Shown: positions 9,567 through 19,948, numbered from the stretch's first letter. The stretch: 64,000 nt of DNA from an uncultured Ruficoccus sp. (GCA_965140785.1 OZ223496.1:64001-128000), one strand, 5' to 3'. Program-made: numbers and translations. Notes: generated by a model not told the origin, from the sequence alone.

Positions 9567-10546
9567 GCCCGGATCACCAGCGCGGGGCGGCCGCCAAGGT
9601 CGTCGCCGCGCTTCGGTGCTCCGGGAGACAAGTGTGCCGGTGGCTGGGCATTCATCGCTCAACCTATCGTTACCAACCCAAGCCGCTACCCGAGAAGAAG
9701 CGGCTGCTGGAAGCCGAGATCGTGAAGATGAGCCAGCGTCATCCGACCTTGGGCTATCGCAAGATCACGCGCAAGCTTCGCGAGGCCGGTTGGAATGTGG
9801 GCAAGAAACTGGTGCAACGCGTACGTCGGCAGGAGGGCCTGCAAGTGCCTGCTCCTAAACCACGCACACGTCGTCAGGGCTTGTCGACAGGATTGCCGCA
9901 GCAGGCCACGCCCCGTAACCACGTCTGGGCCTGGGACTTGTTTTCTTGTGATCATGTCGCGCTTCGCGCTCGGTAGTCTCCGACCATACTCAGCGTGGCG
10001 GCGCCCTGCGCTGTTTTAACCTCATTGATGAGTTTACGCGTGAGTGTCATTGCATCCATGCGGATCGCTCCATCAAGGCCGATGATGTGCTCGCCGTGCT
10101 CAAGCAGGCGATCACCACCCACGGAGTTCCCGCGTATATCCGCTCCGATAACGGGCCCGAGTTTATCGCCAGACCGATCAAGCGCTGGCTGGCCGACAAT
10201 CAGATCAAGACCCTCTACATTGATCCGGGTTGCCCCTGGCACAATGGCGGACGGTGCGACCAGCCCGCCCGGCTACGTCGAGTCCTTCAACAGCCGCTTC
10301 AGGCAGGAGTGCCTGGATCGTGAACTGCTCTACACCCTCAGCGAATCACGCGTCGTCTTTAATGATTGGCGCAGCTACTACAACAACGAACGCCCTCATC
10401 GCTCTCTGGGCTTGCTCACACCGACCCAGTTTGCCAAACAACTAAACTCAGGTTCCGGCTCCGTTCGGCCTACGGCCTCTCTACGCCAGAACCTCCAAAA
10501 ACAAACAAACCAACAACACAACCACCAGACCGGAAATCTCTCATAA
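9560..10546 (+). pseudogene. IS3 transposase OrfB (DDE), disrupted by two insertions
   Basis: Pieces HPTLGYRKIT, NHVWAWD, NLIDEFTREC, IRSDNGPEF, PWHNG / YVESFNSRFRQECL and YNNERPHRSLG lie in different frames. Confidence 0.9.
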
Positions 10547-10644
10547 CATCCGGACCAAAACGTGGGACTCAGACATGGTGGGCAAAAGCCAAGCGCAGAC
10601 GGTAGGCCGACCAGGCAAGCTTCACTTGCCCTTCCCGGCTTCGC

Positions 10645-11423
10645 TCACAGCTCTGATTTTTTGGGTGCGCCGGGGGTAGCGTCCAGAGTGATCCCATTGG
10701 AATGGCAGAAGACGCGTAGAGTTTTGGCAGTGGGCATGGCATTCGCCCCTACCTCTGTCTCAAAATAGCGGATGAACTCGCGCATACGGTATTTGTCCTT
10801 GGGGTGCTCCAAGACGTAGAGCAAAAGGTGAAACTGCCACCACTGGCCCGGATCGTGATCCCATTGGCCGTCGGTTTGGAATTCCTCCCCTTCTAGGAAT
10901 TCCAAGGTGGCGGCAATCTGCCGGAAAAAGTCCGTCCGGTTCTGCGTGATAGCCTGGCTTACGCAATCGAGGGTCAATCGCTTTAGAACAGGATCTGAGG
11001 ATTGGGCAGTACCGGCGGCATGTTGCTTCCACTCCCGGACAAAAAGGTAGGCCCCGGTGTCTCGGTTACCCGCCTTGTATTTTTCTAGGAGAACCAGCAA
11101 TTCCCGGCGGCTTAGTCCACCGTAAGACTGGCTCAGGCGTTTCTCTACATCGGTGACCGGGAGCGGTCCGGTGTTGGGCGGTCCGTCCTGACTCGAACTG
11201 CCAAAGGAGGCAGTTTTCTCGTTAACAGATTCCGGTTTTTGTCGGTCGTCGGCATCCTTGGGGCATATTCGACAAATTGGCGAATACGCAGCCGCAAGCT
11301 GTCGGAAAACTGCCACAGACTCAGAAAGTCCGCGAACCCCGCATCGGCCTCGCTCCCCATCGACTTCTTTAAAAAGTCCTCAAAAGAAAGTACCGGGTCC
11401 TTTGTATGCTCTTTCATGGTCAT
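10645..11423 (-). CDS. Hypothetical cargo protein of the integrative element (~259 aa), split by a probable frameshift near G4 11260-11263
   Basis: Overlapping ORFs 11145-11423 and 10645-11316 join as FVEYAP-KDADDRQ if one base is added to the run. Confidence 0.55.
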
Positions 11424-11497
11424 TGCATTGAGCGGGTTTAGTCTCGCATCGCTGACTCCAACAGGTCAACGCACGGCCGCATCAACGAAATGTAAAA

Positions 11498-11698
11498 CTA
11501 CGCGACCCATTCGGAGGTTTCTGCCAGAAAGCGTTCGATCTCGGTTTTCGAGTAGAGCGGACGGCGCGTGGCCCGCGAGGGGCGCAGCAGTCCCCGCTTG
11601 GTCAAGCGGTCAACAGTCGGAGCGGAAACTCCGAGAATTTTGGCGGTTTCGACGCGTGAATACGCCAGGCGTAATTGGGTGCTTGCTGATAGATTCAT
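11498..11698 (-). CDS. Helix-turn-helix excisionase-like protein
   Basis: 66 aa, AYSRVETAKILGVSAPTVDRLTKRGLL...LYSKTEIERFL; lies directly downstream of the integrase. Confidence 0.85.
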   Translation of the reverse strand: MNLSASTQLRLAYSRVETAKILGVSAPTVDRLTKRGLLRPSRATRRPLYSKTEIERFLAETSEWVA

Positions 11699-11783
11699 GA
11701 TGCCAACAGCATACCTGAGAACACCGGCTTTGTATTGGGGAATTAAGTACAGGAGAGTTTCCCAATTTGCGGACCTGTTCCCA

Positions 11784-12851
11784 TCACGTCATGAGTTTGG
11801 CCATCTCGAAAGAATGCGTGTCGCGCAGGTGCCCGTAGGTTTTCGCGACAAGCAGGCCGCCGTCATTGTGACCGACCCAAGCCGAGATCGTCTTGAAATC
11901 GACTCCTCTTTCGATCGCATTGCTGACAAAAAAGTGCCGCATACTATGATGCGTGAAGTGCGGGAGACTGGCACTTTTACAGGCATTAGCGATTGCCGTC
12001 TTAGCCGTACGAATCTCTACGACCCGGGCTGTAGCCTCTGGGATTCTCTCGGCCCGCAACTCCTCCAGAAACGCCCGCAAAGCCGGGAATAGGGGCACAA
12101 CGCGTGGCTCCCCGCTTTTGGTCCCTACTTCGCCACCGGTGACGATAAACGTCTCCCGCTCAAAATCGACTTCACGCCATGTCAGTTGAGTCGCCTCCGT
12201 TAAGCGCATCCCTGAAAAGGCCAAGAGCTTGACCAGGCGCTCGGCTTCACGGGCACGAATATTCTGGGCTTCGATTGCCGCCACCAGCCGCTGGAAGTCG
12301 TCCTTGGATGGGATGATGATTTCCTTATTTGTCACCTTTCTTCGGCGGATACCCTTCGCCGGGTTCGCGAGAATCACACCGGAGCGCACCGCATAATCGA
12401 TAACCGCTTTGAGCACTTCCGCGTCCTTGTTAAACGTGGAGGCTGCGAGCCCCTTCCCCCGGCGGGCTGCCCAAGTCTCGCAGTCCCGCGTCGTGATCTC
12501 GGCAATCGGCACTCCGGCGAACGTGCTTCGAAGCTCTTTTAAGCAAAGCTGCACACGCTTGGCCGACGACGGCTTGAGATGGCCCTGGTACATATCGAAC
12601 CATCGCTGCGCGTAGACCTCGAACGGCAATTTACGCTCGGACCGGTCCGCCTTGAGTTGGCCGACTTTTCCCCGAAATTCCTTAAGTCGTCGTTCCGCTA
12701 ATTTGCGGTCTTGCGTTTTGAGCGATTTTCTAATTTGCTTCCCGTTCTTCTTGACCAACGCATAGTAGGTTCCTGATGACGAATTACGGTACAGACACTC
12801 TCCAACCTTCACAAAAGGCGTCCCAGATGGTGGCGTTGCAGGCATGTACAT
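11784..12851 (-). CDS. Tyrosine recombinase / phage-type integrase
   Basis: Catalytic set SGMR, GTK, HSMRH, VGH and TYGH is intact; N-terminal arm-binding-like YYA..K..GKQIRKSL. Confidence 0.95.
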   Translation of the reverse strand: MYMPATPPSGTPFVKVGECLYRNSSSGTYYALVKKNGKQIRKSLKTQDRKLAERRLKEFRGKVGQLKADRSERKLPFEVYAQRWFDMYQGHLKPSSAKRVQLCLKELRSTFAGVPIAEITTRDCETWAARRGKGLAASTFNKDAEVLKAVIDYAVRSGVILANPAKGIRRRKVTNKEIIIPSKDDFQRLVAAIEAQNIRAREAERLVKLLAFSGMRLTEATQLTWREVDFERETFIVTGGEVGTKSGEPRVVPLFPALRAFLEELRAERIPEATARVVEIRTAKTAIANACKSASLPHFTHHSMRHFFVSNAIERGVDFKTISAWVGHNDGGLLVAKTYGHLRDTHSFEMAKLMT

Positions 12852-12911
12852 TATTATCGGGTTACAAAAACGGGTGTCAAATGCTAAAAATCGAACATCC
12901 AGGCGGCCTAT

Positions 12912-12935
12912 TAAGTGATTGATCAACAACACTTT
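12912..12935. other. Imperfect palindrome adjoining the tRNA 5' end (candidate integrase core-binding/att arm)
   Basis: TAAGTGATTGATCAACAACACTTT, arms AAGTG(A)TTG and CAACACTT. Confidence 0.4.
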
Positions 12936-13020
<85 letters not shown>

Positions 13021-13095
13021 TGCTAATCAGGATTGCAGGTCTATTTCCAAAGTGAAATGACTATCCATGTGCTGAAGACTGCCTGTCGGCCTGGA

Positions 13096-13699
13096 TTAGT
13101 ACCTCCGATCCTTTGTTATCTCCGGGAAATCATCCGTCCGAAAAGGTGAGGCGGGAAGTCCTGCTTCGTTATACAGATTGCCGGTAGGGTTATCCGCCCA
13201 AGCAGAACGCACGGCGATGGGATGTGCGACAGCCGGGGAGGAAACAACAACGGATCCTCCATCAATGCGGGCATCCGCCCACACCCATGTCCGGTCTTCT
13301 CCGCAAATAGCGGACCCCTCCAGCTCACTGTTGGGACTATTGCGGACCAGGGGTGTGGTGATGCCCCCAGGGTCTCCACATCCACCGTTTCAGGCAACGG
13401 TTGTGCCCGCAGAGGCGATTGGCTGGTAAATTTTAACCGGATAGAGTCGCCTTCACGGGACATGGACTCATAGCGGGGACCGGTATACACCATGGAGACA
13501 TCATAATCGCGGCCAGGGCGATTCGGACCAGGCGTTCGCCCGCTTCGTTCTTTCGCCGGGGGTGGATATCATTGATGCCCCCCAGGTCGATCAACACCGC
13601 TTGTCCCGTCTCAGGGAGTCCCAGTGCCGCCGCCTGCGTCGATCTGGTCATCTCCTTTATGAGCACCAGCAAGCGGGGTATCCCCGAAGTTCCTACCAC
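13096..13699 (-). pseudogene. Truncated, frameshifted sialate O-acetylesterase-like C-terminal fragment
   Basis: Three frames carry TGQAVLIDLG..NDIHPRRK..GERL, YTGPRYESM...IRLKF and AVRSAWADNP..NLYNEAGLPASPFRTD; N-terminal half absent; resembles the intact gene at 33919-35466. Confidence 0.85.
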
Positions 13700-14036
13700 G
13701 ACAATGGTCGATGGGACTTTTTTTCAGGGCGCAACCACCTACGCCAAGCCCCGCGCAAAGTAAGCAGCGGGGGTTTAGAACGGAGCAGGCTGCGGCACAA
13801 ACACTTCACCGTTTTACGGTAAAACAAAAACCGTCATTTGAGCCGCTGTGTTTGCCGTCCCCTTCACCCTTAGGATAATGGGGACAAACGCATGTATGGG
13901 ATGACTCAGCAGAGACGACCGGCTCCAGGGGAACCACCTCTTCCAGCCAGTGTAAGCACGCCCCTCATAACCTCCTGGATGCGCCAAGACTCACCGCACT
14001 AACCCGCCGGTAACGCTTCTATTTTGGCGACGCACG

Positions 14037-15419
14037 TTATCGCCGCAGGGCGGGATTATCGCGGATGATTTTCTGGTAAGTGTAGAATGAACCTTTCGGG
14101 GTGCGTTCCAGGGTTTGAAAGTCTGTGAAAACCAGGCCAAACCGCGTGTCGTAACCACGGCACCATTCGAAGTTGTCCAATAAGGACCACAGGCAATACC
14201 CGCGCACATCGACGCCGTCGGTCTCCACGGCATCCATGAGTGCCTGTGTATAGGCAGTGATAAAGGCGGAGCGGTCCTCGTCCTTCACGGCTACCTCACG
14301 ATCATCAGCCGCTTGGGAGCAGCCATTCTCGGTGACGTAGATGGGCAGCCCGCCATAGCGATGATGTATCCAGCTAAGCATACGGCGAAAGCCTGAGGGA
14401 ACGACAAACCAGCCCATGCTGGTACGCTCCCAAGCGGGGTCACAGCTTAGATGCACATGCTGGTCGCCGGCCATGCCGCCGTTGCCGTCAGCGGGGGCCA
14501 CCCGATGGCCCGGAGCGGGCTGCCGGGAGGCGTAGTGAGTCGTATAATGATTGAGCCCCAGAAAATCCGTCGAGCCCTTCATCAAGGCCCGCTCGGTTTC
14601 CGTGAAGTCCGGCAAACGGCGTCCCAGGCGTTCACGCATGATAGCGGGATAGTCGCCGAATACCACCGGATCGGTGAACCAGCCATAAAAGAACTCCAGG
14701 CTTTCCTGCGCAGCCGCCCGATCCTCTTCGCAGGAAGACAGCGGTTCGCGCCAGTCGCAGTTGTTGGCAATGCCTATGATTCCACCCTTACCCATCTGGC
14801 GAAAGCGCTCGACCGCCAGCCCGTGCGCCAAAAGCAGATGATGCCCCACCCGGTACGGCTCGTCGGGCGACGTACGCCCGGGAGCAAAGTAACCGATGCC
14901 GTTACCCAGCACGGCCGTGCACCAGCTTTCGTTAAAGGTGATCCAGTGCTTGACCCGATCACCGAAAGCACGGAAGCACGTTTCGGCATACTGGGCGAAA
15001 CACTCGACCGTGCGGTAGCCCAGCCAACCGTCGTACCGCATCTGAAGCGCCAGCGGAAGGTCCCAATGATAGAGCGTCACAAAGGGGGTGATGCCCCGGG
15101 AAACCAGCGCGTCGATGAGCCGGTTATAAAAGGCCACGCCTTCGGGGTTAACCTCCTTTTCGCCATCCGGAAAAATGCGGCTCCAGGCAATGGAAAACCG
15201 GTAGGCCCGGACACCGAGGCGAGCCATCAGCTCCACGTCCTGCTCGAAACGGTGGTAGTGGTCGCAGGCAATGTCGCCGTTCTCATCATTATGGACAACG
15301 CCGGGTGTATGCGCATGGGCGTCCCAGATGCTCAGCCCCTTGCCCGCTTCCAGCCAGGCGCCCTCGATTTGATAGGCGGAGGTGGCCACCCCCCACAGAA
15401 AAGATGCGTTATGATCCAT
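14037..15419 (-). CDS. GH1 beta-glucosidase (no signal peptide)
   Basis: FLWGVATSAYQIEG, ACDHYHR, YRFSIAWSRI, TFNE, VTENG, WSLLDNFEW. Confidence 0.97.
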   Translation of the reverse strand: MDHNASFLWGVATSAYQIEGAWLEAGKGLSIWDAHAHTPGVVHNDENGDIACDHYHRFEQDVELMARLGVRAYRFSIAWSRIFPDGEKEVNPEGVAFYNRLIDALVSRGITPFVTLYHWDLPLALQMRYDGWLGYRTVECFAQYAETCFRAFGDRVKHWITFNESWCTAVLGNGIGYFAPGRTSPDEPYRVGHHLLLAHGLAVERFRQMGKGGIIGIANNCDWREPLSSCEEDRAAAQESLEFFYGWFTDPVVFGDYPAIMRERLGRRLPDFTETERALMKGSTDFLGLNHYTTHYASRQPAPGHRVAPADGNGGMAGDQHVHLSCDPAWERTSMGWFVVPSGFRRMLSWIHHRYGGLPIYVTENGCSQAADDREVAVKDEDRSAFITAYTQALMDAVETDGVDVRGYCLWSLLDNFEWCRGYDTRFGLVFTDFQTLERTPKGSFYTYQKIIRDNPALRR

Positions 15420-15476
15420 ACGTATACTGACTAGATGAAGAAAAATACCAAACGCTCAGCAGGTTAGCAATGCTGT

Positions 15477-16550
15477 TCAGGTGGAGCGGTCATAGTCTTC
15501 TTTGGACATGAGCGCTTCCAGCGGTTGCCGGTTCACATAACGCTGGAGGTTCCGCATGGCCAAGGCCCCACAATAGGCATAACGGTCCGCCGTCGGCCCG
15601 CCGATATGCGGCGAGAGCAACGCGCTTTCGAGGGAGAAAACGCCGGACTTGGGCGTCATCGGCTCTTCGTGAACGACATCCAGAGCAATCCGAAATTTAC
15701 CCGTCTCAGCGAAGCTCTTCAGCGCCGTTTCGTCGACCACGCGTCCGCGCCCGACATTCACGAACACCGCGTCCTGAGGCAAGCGCGAGAGAATCTCTTC
15801 CGTGACACTGAGCTGCGTCAGTGGATTGAGCGCTTCGCACTCGAAGAGCACATCACTGTTGCTGAAAAGTTCTTCCAGTGAGCCTTGGGGTGTCACCCCG
15901 TTCGCCCGCATGTACTCATGAGGCACGCCCTCGGAGTATGCACAGATCTCCACCCGGAAGGGCTGCAACAATCTGACCAGCGAGCGGGCGATCCTGCCGA
16001 AACCATGCAAACCGACGCGGCGGTCGTAGAGCGTCGACGTCCCCAGAGTCTGGATCGGGTCCATCTGGTGCGACGCCTTCTCGGCGATATAAGAGCGCCA
16101 GCCGGGCATGTTGCGCAGCGCGCCAAGGGCGAGCAGGAGCGCATGCTCGGCCACTTGTTCACCGACCGCGTCCCCCCAATTGGTCACCAGCCCGCCGCTT
16201 TCGATAAAAGCCCGGTCAATGACATGGCGGACCGAACCGGTCAGGTGGCAAAGGTATTTCAGCCGCCCGCCTGGCAACGATGCATCCGGCTTGGGCAAGT
16301 GCGGCGTGGACCAGCAGCTGACCAGCACCGTCGGCTGAAGGCGATTCAGGCAGTCCAGCCAAGTCTTGGGAGACTCCCGGTTGGCATCAAAGAAGCGTAC
16401 GTCGTGATGCCGTAAAAAAGCCTCGGGCAATTCCGGCAGGAAGGTCGCCCGCTCTCTTTCTGAAATCGCGAACAGGATAGACTCCTGCGTATTTGAGGAC
16501 GGTTGCGACTCGGCATGCCCGGATACGGTGCTGAACGTTGTTCGATTCAC
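15477..16550 (-). CDS. D-isomer-specific 2-hydroxyacid dehydrogenase (paralogue of 3806-4801)
   Basis: GLHGFGRIA, FVNVGRG, LDV, SPHIGG. Confidence 0.88.
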   Translation of the reverse strand: MNRTTFSTVSGHAESQPSSNTQESILFAISERERATFLPELPEAFLRHHDVRFFDANRESPKTWLDCLNRLQPTVLVSCWSTPHLPKPDASLPGGRLKYLCHLTGSVRHVIDRAFIESGGLVTNWGDAVGEQVAEHALLLALGALRNMPGWRSYIAEKASHQMDPIQTLGTSTLYDRRVGLHGFGRIARSLVRLLQPFRVEICAYSEGVPHEYMRANGVTPQGSLEELFSNSDVLFECEALNPLTQLSVTEEILSRLPQDAVFVNVGRGRVVDETALKSFAETGKFRIALDVVHEEPMTPKSGVFSLESALLSPHIGGPTADRYAYCGALAMRNLQRYVNRQPLEALMSKEDYDRST

Positions 16551-16571
16551 AAGGCGTAAGAAAGTCTCTGG

Positions 16572-17177
16572 CTAATCCTGATAGATACGTTCGATCTGGA
16601 AATCGTCGATGTAGAGCCTGCCGATGGCGCGCCAGAAGAAGATGCTGGCGCGCATCTGGTAGGCGCCCTCCGGGACGGTGAATTCCGTCTCGATCTGGGT
16701 CCAAACCTTGGGCATCGACGGCGTGACAAAGGCAGCGACAGACTCGCCGGCCTGAAGTAACTCCGTCTTCCCTTGCCAGTTGGCGGTGACGACCCCCACA
16801 CTCGGGTTCTCGCCGAGCATATCGACCCGGACGAGTATACCGGGTTGTCCGCTCTCGACCTGAAAGTCGTCGCCGGCTTTGACCCAGACCGTGAGTTTAT
16901 ACCTGTCCCCAGGTTGCACAGGCAGCGGCATTCCCCGGGGCGAGATGGACATGCGGCCATAATCCTCGCTTTTTAAAATGGCGTAGAACTTGCCCGCATG
17001 CGGATCTTCTGTACCCAGCGAAAACTGACAGCCCTTGTCCGTGCTGTCACTGGGGATATAGAGGTCTTTCCAGCCGCTGGCGCCATTCTCAAAGCCCGGC
17101 TCCACGACCAAGGGCTGCGCATGCAGCGCACTGACCAGCGCCAGGGGCAGGATATATTTCAACAGATGAATTCTCAT
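16572..17177 (-). CDS. Secreted carbohydrate-binding-domain protein (CBM4/9-like jelly roll)
   Basis: ATG 17177 with an AAGGAG RBS; signal peptide; PGFE.G..GW, PGDRYKLTVWVK, LYIDDF. Confidence 0.65.
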   Translation of the reverse strand: MRIHLLKYILPLALVSALHAQPLVVEPGFENGASGWKDLYIPSDSTDKGCQFSLGTEDPHAGKFYAILKSEDYGRMSISPRGMPLPVQPGDRYKLTVWVKAGDDFQVESGQPGILVRVDMLGENPSVGVVTANWQGKTELLQAGESVAAFVTPSMPKVWTQIETEFTVPEGAYQMRASIFFWRAIGRLYIDDFQIERIYQD

Positions 17178-17214
17178 AGTCGGTCTCCTTGCGGCTGTGG
17201 ACACGGCAACTGAA

Positions 17215-18672
17215 CTAGCGCCTCTGATAACGGCGCCGGCCGATGAATACGGCCAATCCACCCAACCCTGCCAGCAGTGCGCCCACCGTGGAAGGCTCCG
17301 GGATGGCGCTGACCGTGAACTGCAGCAGGTTGCCGTCACCGCCATAGCTGAAGGTCCCGTCCCAACCGGCCAGGCTGCTGTCCTCGGACAAGGTAAAGGA
17401 ACTCAACGCGATGCCCTGCTCGGTGCCGCCAAAGCTGATCAGGTCGTAAGTCTCGCCGATCACAATGCCGCCCGTGTTGGTGAAGGTAAAGGCGATGCTC
17501 TCCGCTCCTCCCGAGGCTGCCCCCGTCATGGACGCGCTGGAGAGAACGATGTTATCCTGATCGGTGCCCAGGCGGAACTGGATGGTGGCCTGCCCTGCAA
17601 AGACCAGCCCCGTGGAGGTTCCGTCACCACCGGCGAGCGTCATCGTACCCGTCGAATTAGCCGTCCCGGCCTGGAGGATGCCCCCGTCCTGAATCGTGAC
17701 GTTGCTCAATGCCGTGGTGGACAGGGTGATGGTTCCGTTAACGCCGAGCAGTGCACCGTCGCCCACCAGATAATTCCCTTGCCCGGAGACGCCCGAGAAG
17801 CCCGTGCCGTAAGTACCGTCAAAATAGAGCTTCCCGCCCTCGACGGTGGTGGCTCCGGTGTAGCCGCCGTTGCCACTAATGGCCAGCGTACCCGTTCCCG
17901 CCTTGGTAAAGGCCAGGATATGGTCCGAGCGGAGCACGTTTTCCCCCAGTGTGCCGCTGAAGGTCGTGTTGGTGGCCTGATCGACCTTCAAGGTCCGCGT
18001 GCCACCCGTGACCGAATACTGTCCCTGGAATTTCCAGATGCCGTTACCAGAGAGCTCCCCGATGGTAACGGTCCCATTGGCCGTTCCGCTACCCATTTCC
18101 AGCAGACCGCCGCTGGCCAGGTGAACCTTGGTCTGCGTGCCGGTCATGTTCGTCCCCCCCGAGATATTACCGTTGATGGTGAGAGCCACGGTGGATGTTT
18201 CTGAACCGTTCACGGTCAGCGTGCCGTCCCAGGGAGTCGTGCCATTGAGGAAAAGTCGCAGCGAGGTGCCCCCCTGCGTGCGATCGTCGCGCAGCGTGAT
18301 GTCCCCACTTCCACCCGTGCCGATACTCAGGCCGCGACCCGTACTGGTGGTGCCCGAGGCATAAAGTGTCACACCATTTTGCACGGTGACCGTGCCGGCG
18401 CTCACATTCCAAGTCTGTATCTCAGGGGAGACGGACTCGATAATCGCATTGCTGCCGTTCGACCAGGGAGTGTCGGTCGGGCCGCCTGAGGTGGCAGCCC
18501 AGGGAGTGGAGGAGGTGGCCGTTGTCCAGTCTCCCGTGCCTCCCGTCCAGTAGAGATCAGCCGCCTGCGAGGCGATCGTGCAGGTTAAGACAAACGTCGC
18601 GAATATGCCAACGCAACGGCTGAGGTTTCCAATCCGAGTGAGCTTATGGTGAGTCGGGGTATTCATGTTCAT
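17215..18672 (-). CDS. PEP-CTERM protein with an autotransporter-associated beta-strand repeat
   Basis: Signal peptide; TKAGTGTLAISGNGGYTGATTVEGGKL; C-terminal IPEPST + transmembrane segment + RRRYQRR. Confidence 0.92.
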   Translation of the reverse strand: MNMNTPTHHKLTRIGNLSRCVGIFATFVLTCTIASQAADLYWTGGTGDWTTATSSTPWAATSGGPTDTPWSNGSNAIIESVSPEIQTWNVSAGTVTVQNGVTLYASGTTSTGRGLSIGTGGSGDITLRDDRTQGGTSLRLFLNGTTPWDGTLTVNGSETSTVALTINGNISGGTNMTGTQTKVHLASGGLLEMGSGTANGTVTIGELSGNGIWKFQGQYSVTGGTRTLKVDQATNTTFSGTLGENVLRSDHILAFTKAGTGTLAISGNGGYTGATTVEGGKLYFDGTYGTGFSGVSGQGNYLVGDGALLGVNGTITLSTTALSNVTIQDGGILQAGTANSTGTMTLAGGDGTSTGLVFAGQATIQFRLGTDQDNIVLSSASMTGAASGGAESIAFTFTNTGGIVIGETYDLISFGGTEQGIALSSFTLSEDSSLAGWDGTFSYGGDGNLLQFTVSAIPEPSTVGALLAGLGGLAVFIGRRRYQRR

Positions 18673-18773
18673 GGCTGCATTATTCGCCACGTGGGCTGAA
18701 AAACAAACTCACCGCTAGTAACACAGTTTTCCTCGTTCGAGGTATTCTTCCCGGGGATGGAATAACTGCTTAG

Positions 18774-19856
18774 TCACCGCTTAGCGGCTTTACGGACTGT
18801 CCGGGATGATCCCCGCGTTTTTTGTCGGGAGAGAGCGGGCAGCGTGCTGCCGGGGATCCATTTACCCTCGATTAATATCCGCTGCGGAACTTCTGGCACG
18901 CCACATTCCCCCCGCTGCATCATGGCCACCAAAAAATCGACTGCCGCCTCGCCCACCTCCCGGGAGTTCTCATAGACTCCGGATAGGGGCTGGCCGAGGG
19001 TCCCAAGAAGCGGGCAGGCCACACTAATGTCCTCAGGGATACGCACATGCGCGTCCTTCATCATGTCATAGACATCCTCGCTGACGATCACGGCATCAGC
19101 CTTCGTTGCGGTGATCCAGCCCAGAAACTCCTCCCGCTTCCACTGCGTCAGGCTGAGGGGCATGACGAGCGCCTCCTCCTCGTGCAGCAGCGTATCGGCC
19201 AGGTAGGCCGCCAGCGCATTGTGATTGATCCGCGCATCCTGAAACCGGGTCGTGGCAAAGCCAATCCGGCGATACCCCAGGCGTCGCACCTGCTCGATCG
19301 TCTTCAACGTCGCGCGGTACTGCGTAGCGGTCACACAATGCAACTCAGGACTGGTGAGGGTGTAGCCAAAGGTTACCGCGGAAAATCCCTCCCAGGGGAA
19401 GTCGATACTTGTATCCGGCTGGGCCTGCGGCGCCACCAGCAGGCCGCGGATATTGCGCGCGCGCAAGATGCCCGACAGTCGACGGGGAGACATCTTGGGC
19501 GTCTGCAATTCGAAGGTTTCAAGGGCGTAGCCATAGCTTTTGGCGCAAGCGGCGGCGCCCTCGTAGTAGCTCTGAAAGGTCGGGTAGTCCTGCCAGTCAA
19601 AGGGAGTGATGTTATTTGAGAGCCAGGCCAGCACTCCCTGAAAGGAACGCGTACGCTTCTGGTTGCGGTAGGCGGCCAGCGCCGACAGCATCGGATCGGG
19701 CGTGTAGCCGAGCCTTGTCGCAATCTTATGAATGCGCTTTCGTGTCTTTTCTGGAATCTTGGGGTGATTCTGCAGGGCCAGACAGACCGTGGTCCGGTGA
19801 ACCCCGGCGATCTCGGATATCTCCTGCTGGGTGACGCGACGCGGTTGCTGGTTCAC
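18774..19856 (-). CDS. LacI-family transcriptional regulator
   Basis: VTQQEISEIAGVHRTTVCLAL HTH; LGYTPDPMLSALAAYR; GYRRIG; probable GTG start at 19856. Confidence 0.92.
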   Translation of the reverse strand: MNQQPRRVTQQEISEIAGVHRTTVCLALQNHPKIPEKTRKRIHKIATRLGYTPDPMLSALAAYRNQKRTRSFQGVLAWLSNNITPFDWQDYPTFQSYYEGAAACAKSYGYALETFELQTPKMSPRRLSGILRARNIRGLLVAPQAQPDTSIDFPWEGFSAVTFGYTLTSPELHCVTATQYRATLKTIEQVRRLGYRRIGFATTRFQDARINHNALAAYLADTLLHEEEALVMPLSLTQWKREEFLGWITATKADAVIVSEDVYDMMKDAHVRIPEDISVACPLLGTLGQPLSGVYENSREVGEAAVDFLVAMMQRGECGVPEVPQRILIEGKWIPGSTLPALSRQKTRGSSRTVRKAAKR

Positions 19857-19865
19857 ATGTGTTAC
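19851..19865. promoter_or_regulatory. Candidate LacI operator overlapping the regulator start
   Basis: GTTCACATGTGTTAC is palindromic around CACATGTG; the half-site GTAACACA recurs at 18718, upstream of the PEP-CTERM gene. Confidence 0.3.
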
Positions 19866-19948
19866 CCATCGCCGGATTGAAAGCCTGTCAAGAATATCTA
19901 GCTTTGTGACAGATAACCGATATTCTCTCCCTACCCCCAAACGTTAAG

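Larger units (their letters stand above)
9207..10575 (+). mobile_element. IS3-family insertion sequence, degenerate
   Basis: Imperfect terminal IRs: TGTCTGAGCCTCCCGAAATTGGTCC (left) and TGTCTGAGTCCCACGTTTTGGTCC (reverse complement of the right end). orfA HTH, A7C slippery site at 9553-9560, orfB DDE motifs. No clear 3-4 bp target duplication. Confidence 0.92.

Noticed and set aside
11568..12092. 174-aa ORF antisense to the integrase and HTH genes
   Set aside because: Almost entirely overlaps well-supported genes on the opposite strand and has no recognisable motif.
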